From Conexivisphaerales archaeon (GTDB taxonomy: Archaea > Thermoproteota > Nitrososphaeria > Conexivisphaerales > UBA164), in the NCBI GenBank assembly GCA_030756715.1, contig JAVBJD010000005.1, positions 1 to 50,833 on the forward strand: 50,833 nt of DNA, in the 5' to 3' direction. The first letter of the stretch is position 1. Each line of letters begins with the position of its first letter. The notes beneath the pieces are model-generated. The model worked only from the letters and a program-made list of their open reading frames with translations. It searched no databases and was not told the DNA's origin. Below, piece after piece: positions 19,676-26,898 of this stretch. Position numbers and translations under genes: made by a program.

Positions 19676-20086
19676 TTGAACTTTACAGTAGAATTTAAGG
19701 GGCATCCCAACGTAACAGCTAAACATAAAACTACTTTAGAAATAACAAAAGAATCGCATCTTACCTTAAGGGGTGATTGTATTATTGGAGTTAGCAGTTC
19801 TGCTAGCGTTAAAGATCTACCTGAAATTATGAAAAACAAAATAAAAAGCGGTAGTCGTATAGATTTCTATTTAATTGTAGGAAATTTGGGTTTCAAATTT
19901 TTTGGCTATGGTCATAGTGACTTAAGTTTGTCTCACCCTACTGATATAGTAATAAGAAAGAGTTCTTTTACATCTGAAAGAACACTAGCAATAAAAAGCT
20001 CTGCCGCGGCAATTGATGTTCCAAGAAATATTATAGAACTTTTACAAAAAGAATCACGTGGAGAATTAATCATTTCAATTGAATAA
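19676..20086 (+). CDS. DUF371 family protein
   Basis: GHPNV.AKH.TTLEITKE.HLT.RGDCIIGV, DIVIRKS.F...RTLAI. Confidence 0.9.
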   Translation: MNFTVEFKGHPNVTAKHKTTLEITKESHLTLRGDCIIGVSSSASVKDLPEIMKNKIKSGSRIDFYLIVGNLGFKFFGYGHSDLSLSHPTDIVIRKSSFTSERTLAIKSSAAAIDVPRNIIELLQKESRGELIISIE

Positions 20087-20148
20087 GATTATTAGCATTT
20101 CTCGTTCTCAATTTTTAAATAAAAATGATTTTAGTTTACGCTCAAAAG

Positions 20149-21156
20149 TTATTCCCATTTAATATTTTCGCCTAAAAACCGCAACGCGTCGATCAAACCT
20201 TCAGCATATGAAGCCTGCATTAAAGCAGTTATGAAGTCTCCTTTCTGTTTAGCGTCTTCTGCGTCTTCGGTATATAAAATTGCGTTTTCAAATATTTCTT
20301 TATACCTTTCAGTTAGGCCGCTAGTTTCTGCGTTTTTTATAGCAACTCTGCATTTGTCAATAACTTTCTGAACCCTTATTTCTATTGTAGATGGCTTAAC
20401 GTTTTGAATGGGTTTTATATTGAAAACCTTTTTTAAAACTTCTTCTTCGCTAAAATGTAACAAACCTGGGACTATAAGGGTAAAAGGCTCATCGAGTTTG
20501 GTCTTTGTTTTAAATAGATCTTTTATTGTTCCTCCTAAGACTTTTTCTTCATCCGTACCAGCTCTACTTATAAAAATTAGAAATCTATCATCAGGAAAAG
20601 TTTCTTCCTTAAAATTAAGCTCGGCCTGTTTTAATTCTGATAAAAGAGAACTTGTGTCCCCCTCATATCCTGTCGGAATTATTATAGAGTGTTTTTTTGA
20701 TTCAAGCGCTGTTCCAACTTGTTTGTAAATATAGTTCCTCGAATTTATATCATTTTTTATTAAAGACCCAACAAATCCTATTTTATAAATGTGTAATCCG
20801 GTTTCTCCAAATATTGCGTTTATAAAGCTAGAAGAGTAAACTGTCTTCACTTTAATTTTTTGTTCGGTTGCATAGATTCGTAACGATTGATGTGTTGTTG
20901 CAACATATGGATCACCATAAACATATAGACATACATTCTTATCTTTGGCTTCTTCAACAAAATTTTTTATATCTTCAAGCAAATCCCTGTTCGCCGGAAC
21001 CGCTTTAAGCTCTTTTTTTATCCAATTTAAGTAATCATTTGCAATAAAAGTGGTATATATATCAATGTAGCTTTTTTCGCAAAGATTGGCCGTACTTTTT
21101 ATAAATGCCGGTGCGGTATTTTTGGGGTCGACACCTAAACCTATGATGTATAGCAT
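20149..21156 (-). CDS. dph5: Diphthine synthase Dph5 (divergent) fused to a C-terminal DUF357 domain
   Basis: MLYIIGLG, GDPYVATTH, GLHIYK.G, LIVPG.LHFSE; tail NA.LY..DA......GD..TAL...SYAEGLIDALR. Confidence 0.8.
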   Translation of the reverse strand: MLYIIGLGVDPKNTAPAFIKSTANLCEKSYIDIYTTFIANDYLNWIKKELKAVPANRDLLEDIKNFVEEAKDKNVCLYVYGDPYVATTHQSLRIYATEQKIKVKTVYSSSFINAIFGETGLHIYKIGFVGSLIKNDINSRNYIYKQVGTALESKKHSIIIPTGYEGDTSSLLSELKQAELNFKEETFPDDRFLIFISRAGTDEEKVLGGTIKDLFKTKTKLDEPFTLIVPGLLHFSEEEVLKKVFNIKPIQNVKPSTIEIRVQKVIDKCRVAIKNAETSGLTERYKEIFENAILYTEDAEDAKQKGDFITALMQASYAEGLIDALRFLGENIKWE

Positions 21157-21246
21157 GTAATTTATATTAAGTAACGCCCCTTTAAAATTTAATTTTATAA
21201 ACGCTTAATTAAAAACCCAGTATAATATTAAGTAAAGATATCTTTT

Positions 21247-21477
21247 TTATTCCATTACTATCATTGAGAGCGTTGATCTTACTTTTTCTAGCCTTCTTAT
21301 TTTCCATGTTATTATTTCTTTTACCTGTTCCATAGTATCGGCTTCAATTTTTGCTATTATATCATAAACGCCGTAGACTAGATAAACTTCTTTTACTCCT
21401 TGCATATCCTTAAGTTGCTTTAAAACATCTCCTTCGTAACCCATATCTGTATTTATTAATACATACGCAGTTGCCAT
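21247..21477 (-). CDS. Stand-alone Lrp/AsnC ligand-binding (RAM) domain protein
   Basis: AYVLIN, VYGVYDIIAKIEA, IRRLEKVRSTLSMIV; 76 aa, no HTH. Confidence 0.9.
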   Translation of the reverse strand: MATAYVLINTDMGYEGDVLKQLKDMQGVKEVYLVYGVYDIIAKIEADTMEQVKEIITWKIRRLEKVRSTLSMIVME

Positions 21478-21610
21478 AGAAAATAATTATAAAACAGTCG
21501 TTATAAATTTTACCATTAATAAAAACGCAATTCAAGAAGAAAAGTGAGATTTTTTCGCAAAAACAGCATTCAGATAAATTTTTATTGTTCAAAAAATCAC
21601 GCAAATATGT

Positions 21611-22141
21611 ATGTTTATTAAAAGCAAAATGATCAAAGAAGCAGATTTTTATGTTAAGCTGGTCGATGCAGAATTTTTAAAATTAAGTAAAATTAGTGGT
21701 ATTAAAATTATTTTAACGGAGGGATTTAGTAGAGAATTAAACACAGCGGAAATTAATATATACAGGTATAAATATGACCCTACAAAAGATTTTAAAGGAC
21801 CTTTAATAGTTGCAAACACAAATAATTATAAACCGGCGTTAGAATATATCAAAAAGCATCCGAACAGAGTTTTTGCTATAATCGCTGACCTTAATAGTTT
21901 TGTGAGCGATGAGATATCTCATTTGAATTTTGTAAAATCGCTTAGTAAAATTTATTCTATACCACTACTTTATGGAAGCGGAGCAAAAAACGGATTTGGG
22001 TTTGTTCCGCCGATTGTTTTAAATTACGCACTAGAGTTTTTTTATGGAGAAATAAACGTTGAACGTAAGAAGCTATATAAGGCTTTATCTGAACGTTTTT
22101 ACCGCTTATTAGGAGATGAAAGATATTTTGAGAAAATATAG
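21611..22141 (+). CDS. Probable RNase P subunit Rpp30 (short, divergent)
   Basis: LLYGSGA.N.F...PP resembles the Rpp30 SSGA...lrsP motif; overlaps the Pop5 gene. Confidence 0.5.
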   Translation: MFIKSKMIKEADFYVKLVDAEFLKLSKISGIKIILTEGFSRELNTAEINIYRYKYDPTKDFKGPLIVANTNNYKPALEYIKKHPNRVFAIIADLNSFVSDEISHLNFVKSLSKIYSIPLLYGSGAKNGFGFVPPIVLNYALEFFYGEINVERKKLYKALSERFYRLLGDERYFEKI

Positions 22142-22439
22142 AACTAGATACGTTTTAGTTAAGGTAGATCCTGAAAGGGCCAGCCCTATAAAAATAACTG
22201 AAGATATAATGGCAGCTATAAAGGAGCTTATGGGGGATTTTGCAATTTTTAGAGTGGAAATAAAAATTGTTGATTTGAATAAAAAAGGATATGTTCTTTT
22301 AAAATGCAGATATTATGATATTAATCCTCAATTTTTGTATCTTGCAATAAGTTATGCAAGAAAATTCGATCTGGCTATAGTACCAATAAAAGCTTATGGA
22401 ACGATAAAATCTGCGAAATCGGCATTTGAGTTTTTATGA
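22116..22439 (+). CDS. RNase P subunit Pop5/Rpp14
   Basis: RTRYVLV N-terminus, L.GD, GYVLLKC, GTIKSA. Confidence 0.75.
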   Translation: MKDILRKYRTRYVLVKVDPERASPIKITEDIMAAIKELMGDFAIFRVEIKIVDLNKKGYVLLKCRYYDINPQFLYLAISYARKFDLAIVPIKAYGTIKSAKSAFEFL

Positions 22440-22507
22440 GTATATGTTAATGCCCTTCTTTTTAGGTAAGCTTTTATAATATACCGTTTTTATCTTATAT
22501 TAGAAAA

Positions 22508-23074
22508 TTGCAAACACAACAGAAAAAATATGAGAGCGTAGCATATGTTTTAGATTTTAAACCTAACTCTGAATCATTAACGATAAAAGGTAAAAGAGGC
22601 ACTATAGTACAAGCAATAGGTAAAGATTATTTTATGTTGCTTGAACTTTTAGGTATACCGGGAGCAAATTTCGTAATACTGGAAAAAGTGAATATTAGCA
22701 AGGATAAAAGAGAAAAAGTACTAAGCGTTCTTGGAAAGCTAAAGTATGAGAATCTTTCATCTATAGCTAAAAATGCGTTGCCTCAAGCCGTTGAAACGAT
22801 AGTTTTAGAAAGCGAACAACGATTCGTTAATTTTTTTAATGCGGCCATGCCAGTAACACCGAGATTAAATTCTTTAGAACTAATACCTGGAATAGGTAAA
22901 ACTCTTATGAATATAATTATAAAAGAAAAAGAGAAAAGACCTTTTACAAGTTTTAAAGACATAGAAGACAGGGTAGGTTTAAAGGATCCGGCAAAGAAAA
23001 TCGCTGAGCGCATTTTGGAAGAATTAAAAGGTAATCAGCAAATTTACCTTTTTGTTAAACAATTCAAAGAATAG
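22508..23074 (+). CDS. DUF655 HhH nucleic-acid-binding protein
   Basis: YE..AYVLDF, QAIG..YF.LLE, FV.FFN.A.P.TPRL.SLELIPGIGK, F.SF.DI..RV; TTG start. Confidence 0.9.
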   Translation: MQTQQKKYESVAYVLDFKPNSESLTIKGKRGTIVQAIGKDYFMLLELLGIPGANFVILEKVNISKDKREKVLSVLGKLKYENLSSIAKNALPQAVETIVLESEQRFVNFFNAAMPVTPRLNSLELIPGIGKTLMNIIIKEKEKRPFTSFKDIEDRVGLKDPAKKIAERILEELKGNQQIYLFVKQFKE

Positions 23075-23140
23075 CTGTTGATTTTAAATAAATATTTTAT
23101 ATTTGCGCGAAGTTCTTTCTATCTAGCTTAGGTGATATAA

Positions 23141-24076
23141 TTGAACGAGTTAGAGATCATCGAAATAATTCGAAAAATGTTTGAGGTGCGTGAATATCCT
23201 TTAACAGATGATGTGGCTTATTTGCCAAATGGCTGGGCATATAAAGTCGATATGCTAGTTAAAAGCACAGATGTACCAGAAGGCATGAATGGTTTTCAGG
23301 TAGGAAGGAAATCGGTTGCTGCGGTTCTTTCTGATTTATCGACCAAGGGCGTTAAACCAATATTTATGATGCTGAGTTTCGCATTCCAAACGGGGATAAC
23401 AAACGCGTATATTACAGAGATTCTTAACGGAATAAAACAATTGGCTTCTAAATATAAAATGATTTTAGTCGGCGGTGACGTAAATAAAGCCAATGATACA
23501 GTCATAGATTGCATTATAGCAGGCAAATACAAAAAAAAGGTTTTAAGAAGCGGAGCACGTATTGGTGATAGCGTTTATGTAGCAGGCGATTTTGGATTAA
23601 CAACTATAGGGCTAGATTATCTGCTTAACAAAAAACCAATAGTTAATGAAAAATTAAAAAGTTATGCTTTAAAGGCCGTTTATGAACCTGATCCACCTGT
23701 TAACTTTAATATCGAAGTAATAAACACAGGTTATGTGAGTGCTTCTATGGACTCAAGCGATGGTTTGGCTTATACACTTAATGAAATTGCACAACAAAGT
23801 AACGTGAAAATTGTGATAAATAATTTCCCAATGAGTGAAGAAATTAAAAAATTAATTGAATCTGAAGGTAGAGATCCTTTAAATGATTCGCTCTATGGGG
23901 GAGAAGAGTATCAAATGGTATTTACGTTTAATCAAGAAAAAGATTTTCTTTTGAATAAACTTGCTAAGAAACACAACGTAAAGGTTTTTAAAATAGGCAA
24001 GGTAGAAAATGGAAACGGTGTATTTTTGAGCAACGGTAAAAAAATAGAAAAGAAAGGATGGGTTTTTAATTTTTAG
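23141..24076 (+). CDS. thiL: Thiamine-monophosphate kinase
   Basis: ELEII, DDVA, VDMLV, LSDL..KG, GGDVN, RSGA..GD, MDSSDGL, GGEEY. Confidence 0.93.
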   Translation: MNELEIIEIIRKMFEVREYPLTDDVAYLPNGWAYKVDMLVKSTDVPEGMNGFQVGRKSVAAVLSDLSTKGVKPIFMMLSFAFQTGITNAYITEILNGIKQLASKYKMILVGGDVNKANDTVIDCIIAGKYKKKVLRSGARIGDSVYVAGDFGLTTIGLDYLLNKKPIVNEKLKSYALKAVYEPDPPVNFNIEVINTGYVSASMDSSDGLAYTLNEIAQQSNVKIVINNFPMSEEIKKLIESEGRDPLNDSLYGGEEYQMVFTFNQEKDFLLNKLAKKHNVKVFKIGKVENGNGVFLSNGKKIEKKGWVFNF

Positions 24077-24485
24077 CTCTTTTGTCTTTTAAAATAATCT
24101 TTTCTATCTTCTTATAGAAATAAACCCATTCTCTACCAACTTTTTTTCTCGAGAGCTCTCCCTTATCATACATTCTTCTTAAATAAGTTGAGATTATAGG
24201 TAACTTAACGCTTGTTTTAAAGCGATCTTCTAACGCGTTTTGAACATCTTTTGAAGTAAACCCATTTAGAGGCATGTCTTTAACTAACGATCTTATTTTG
24301 TCGTATAGATCTTTTTCAGAATTATCTTTCAGATTACCTTCGTTTGAATTATCTGACGATGATAAAAGATCGTATAGTTCCAGAAGCCGCAATACTTTAC
24401 TTTTTTCTATATCCCCCTCTACTTTAAAAGAATATCTTGCACCATTCTCATCTTCAAATTCTAGTTTTATGGCTTTCTTTGGCAA
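24066..24485 (-). CDS. Uncharacterised protein with C-terminal winged-helix DNA-binding domain, divergent from oriC/cdc6
   Basis: FTSKDVQ..LEDRF, ISTYLRRMYDKGELSRKKVGREWVY (HTH plus wing); beta-rich N-terminal domain; TTG start. Confidence 0.75.
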   Translation of the reverse strand: MPKKAIKLEFEDENGARYSFKVEGDIEKSKVLRLLELYDLLSSSDNSNEGNLKDNSEKDLYDKIRSLVKDMPLNGFTSKDVQNALEDRFKTSVKLPIISTYLRRMYDKGELSRKKVGREWVYFYKKIEKIILKDKRAKN

Positions 24486-24496
24486 GCCTCTTTGAT

Positions 24497-24546
24497 TTTG
24501 TTAACAAATTTAAATAATAAACATATTTAGTAATTTTTGTTAACAA
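24497..24546. promoter_or_regulatory. Twin TTGTTAACAA palindromes flanking the TATA of the wHTH gene
   Basis: TTTGTTAACAAA at 24497-24508 and TTGTTAACAA at 24537-24546; minus-strand TTATTTAAA between them. Confidence 0.6.
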
Positions 24547-24634
24547 GTTATCAAAGATTCTAAGAATGGTCTATGACCTTAATTAATTATTAACTTATAA
24601 TTGTTTATTTTTAGTTATATAAAAAATTATAGTG

Positions 24635-24656
24635 GCTCCAGTGGAAACAGAGGGGT
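24635..24656 (+). repeat. ORB1
   Basis: GCTCCAGTGGAAACAGAGGGGT matches the archaeal ORB (TCCAGTGGAAAC..AGGGG). Confidence 0.95.
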
Positions 24657-24693
24657 TAATTTACAGTTAATGATTGATAATAAGGCTGCATTT

Positions 24694-24715
24694 GCTCCAG
24701 TGGAAATAAAGGGGT
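24694..24715 (+). repeat. ORB2
   Basis: GCTCCAGTGGAAATAAAGGGGT. Confidence 0.95.
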
Positions 24716-24781
24716 TCGATATCTATATAGTTAAAATATCATATTAACAAAAAATTAACAATTTAAATAATAAACCGCTCC
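24716..24781. other. Candidate duplex-unwinding element
   Basis: 66-bp AT-rich spacer between inward-facing G-strings of ORB2 and ORB3. Confidence 0.65.
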
Positions 24782-24803
24782 ACCCCTGTATTTCATCTGT
24801 ATC
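24782..24803 (-). repeat. ORB3 (inverted, degenerate)
   Basis: Reverse complement GATACAGATGAAATACAGGGGT. Confidence 0.8.
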
Positions 24804-24939
24804 TATTATTTTTATTAATCAATCATTGTTTTTATTTTTAAAATAATTAAATATCGTTTAAAAAAATTAACTAATAGTAAAATTATCTTTATTTTTACCT
24901 TTTTAATTTCTTTTTTACTTTATTATTTTTGTTAAAAAA

Positions 24940-24961
24940 GATGCAATGGAAATTAAGGGGT
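24940..24961 (+). repeat. ORB4 (degenerate), 10 nt before the cdc6 start
   Basis: GATGCAATGGAAATTAAGGGGT. Confidence 0.75.
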
Positions 24962-24971
24962 GTAGGGGACT

Positions 24972-26189
24972 TTGTCTGAATTTTTAGATGATATATTTAA
25001 TAAAATATCTTCCGGGAAATCAATATTTAAAAATCGCGAAGTTTTAAACATAGATTACATACCAAAAAGAATACTTTTTAGAGAAGACCAAATAAAAAAG
25101 ATAGGAGAAACGCTTTCACCAATTATTAAAGGTGCTAAACCATCAAATCTTTTACTTTACGGCAAAACTGGAACAGGTAAAACCATGGTAGCTAGATATG
25201 TTATAAATAAGCTTAACGATTATATAAAAGATCAAAACACGATTTTTGTTTATCTTAATTGTAGAATAGATGGAACATTATACAGAGTTCTAAGCGAAAT
25301 TGGAGAGTATATAGGATTAAAAATTCCTTTTACTGGTTTATCCTTAAGCGAAGTAGAAAAAAGAATATTTAACCACCTTGTAGATAAAGGCATAAAACTC
25401 GTTTTGGTTTTAGACGAAATAGATTTTTTGGTTAACAATCCAGCTAAAAGGGATATAGGAAACGATGTACTTTACGATTTTACAAGATATGACAGCATAT
25501 ATAATAAAAGCGGTTCTAACAGCTTCATTACAATAGTAGGTATTTCAAACGATTTAAAATTCATGGAATATCTTGAAGGTAGGGTTCAAAGCAGCCTTAG
25601 ATCAGAAGAGATATTATTTCCGCCTTATACAGTAGAAGAAATAAAAGAAATTTTAAAGGACAGGGTAAAAGAGGCATTTGTAGAAAATTCAGTAAATGAT
25701 GAAATAATAAACCTTATTGCAGCTTATTCAGGCAGTGAACACGGTGATGCAAGGCGAGCCGTAGATCTCCTTAGAGTATCAGGCGAGTTGGCTGAAAGAG
25801 AAGGACGGGATAAAATTTACGAAAAAGACGTGCAGGAAGCATTAAAAAATATAGAGAAGGACAAAGTACAAGAAGCCATTTCATCTTTACCTATACATGA
25901 AAAAGCAGTTATATTTTCTATCGCTACTTTTCCAAACGGCGAGACTACAGGCCATGTTTATTTAAAATACCAAGAAATTTGCAATCAATTAGGTTTGCAG
26001 CCTTTAACGCAAAGAAGAATAAGCGCAATAATAAACGAACTTGACATGTTAGGTTTAGTAACGGCACCTATTATAAATAGAGGTAGGCACGGTAGATCAA
26101 AAAAAGTTCAGCTAACTGTGGATAAGAACCAAATAGTTGGAACGTTAAAAAATGATGAAATATTTAAATTACTTTTTAACTCCATTTAA
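24972..26189 (+). CDS. cdc6: Orc1/Cdc6 replication initiator
   Basis: IFKNREVL..DYIP, GKTGTGKT, VLDEID, FPPY, GDARRA.DLLR, wHTH with ELDMLG and RGRHGR; TTG start. Confidence 0.98.
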   Translation: MSEFLDDIFNKISSGKSIFKNREVLNIDYIPKRILFREDQIKKIGETLSPIIKGAKPSNLLLYGKTGTGKTMVARYVINKLNDYIKDQNTIFVYLNCRIDGTLYRVLSEIGEYIGLKIPFTGLSLSEVEKRIFNHLVDKGIKLVLVLDEIDFLVNNPAKRDIGNDVLYDFTRYDSIYNKSGSNSFITIVGISNDLKFMEYLEGRVQSSLRSEEILFPPYTVEEIKEILKDRVKEAFVENSVNDEIINLIAAYSGSEHGDARRAVDLLRVSGELAEREGRDKIYEKDVQEALKNIEKDKVQEAISSLPIHEKAVIFSIATFPNGETTGHVYLKYQEICNQLGLQPLTQRRISAIINELDMLGLVTAPIINRGRHGRSKKVQLTVDKNQIVGTLKNDEIFKLLFNSI

Positions 26190-26492
26190 AATTTCGTTTA
26201 TTTTAAAAAGTGTCTCAGTAGGAACTATTTTTTTCCAGCCAAGCAAGTAAGTTCTTATTTCTTCAGGTGTTTTAGGCATAATATTAACAAGTTGTATTGC
26301 GTATTCTTCTTCTAGACCAATTTCTCTTTCCAGCGCCTCTACAATCTTTTTTGCGTTTTCGCCGCTTATTTTTGAAAAAACGTTAACATAGTCAAAAGTT
26401 CTTCTTTGTAATTCGTCCATTTCACCAGATGACTGAGACAGTATATCTTTAGCTTCATGGATTGTTATTTTTTTGCTCTTTACCATCTTCAT
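26169..26492 (-). CDS. rpoF: RNA polymerase subunit F (Rpo4)
   Basis: ITIHEAK.IL, QRRTFDY..FSK, A.QLVNIMP.T.EEIR; follows eL21. Confidence 0.9.
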   Translation of the reverse strand: MKMVKSKKITIHEAKDILSQSSGEMDELQRRTFDYVNVFSKISGENAKKIVEALEREIGLEEEYAIQLVNIMPKTPEEIRTYLLGWKKIVPTETLFKINEILNGVKK

Positions 26493-26781
26493 CTATAGAT
26501 TCACCCTGAAACGGTAATACATGATCTGGTCTTGTATAAAGCAGTTTTTTCTTATTACCTACTTGAACTTCTACAACTAAAGATCTTTTTCTTACTTCAA
26601 CAACTGTACCAACACGTCCGTGAAACCTTCTGTGAGGCATACCCTTGGGTTGCGACGGATCGATCTTTATAACTACCTTATCTCCAGGTTTAAATTCATT
26701 TAAAAGATAAGAAAGCCCTCTCTTGCTTTCCAATGTTAATAACTTTCGCGTCTTTCTTCTATAACCTTTATAATGTGGCAT
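26455..26781 (-). CDS. rpl21e: Ribosomal protein eL21
   Basis: GYRRKTR.LL, GDKV.I.IDPS..KGMPHRRFHGRVG. Confidence 0.96.
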   Translation of the reverse strand: MPHYKGYRRKTRKLLTLESKRGLSYLLNEFKPGDKVVIKIDPSQPKGMPHRRFHGRVGTVVEVRKRSLVVEVQVGNKKKLLYTRPDHVLPFQGESIDEDGKEQKNNNP

Positions 26782-26898
26782 ATGTCGAAAGATAATAAGT
26801 TTATCTATTTAAAAATTTACCTGAATATATTGAATTTTATCTATTCTCCATAAACATCTCAAAACAGCAGATGGTAGAGAATCAAATAATAAAATATA

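Larger units (their letters stand above)
24635..24961. other. Chromosomal replication origin (oriC) upstream of cdc6/orc1
   Basis: Four ORB-type 22-mers, AT-rich spacers, adjacent cdc6. Confidence 0.93.

Noticed and set aside
24635-24715. Two near-identical 22-mers 59 bp apart as a mini-CRISPR
   Set aside because: They match the ORB consensus, inverted copies follow, cdc6 is adjacent and no cas genes are present
26845-26881. Fluoride-riboswitch-like string TTCTCCATAAAC...GCAGATGG
   Set aside because: It lacks the 5' GGnGATGG and 3' pseudoknot partner and is not upstream of a plus-strand gene
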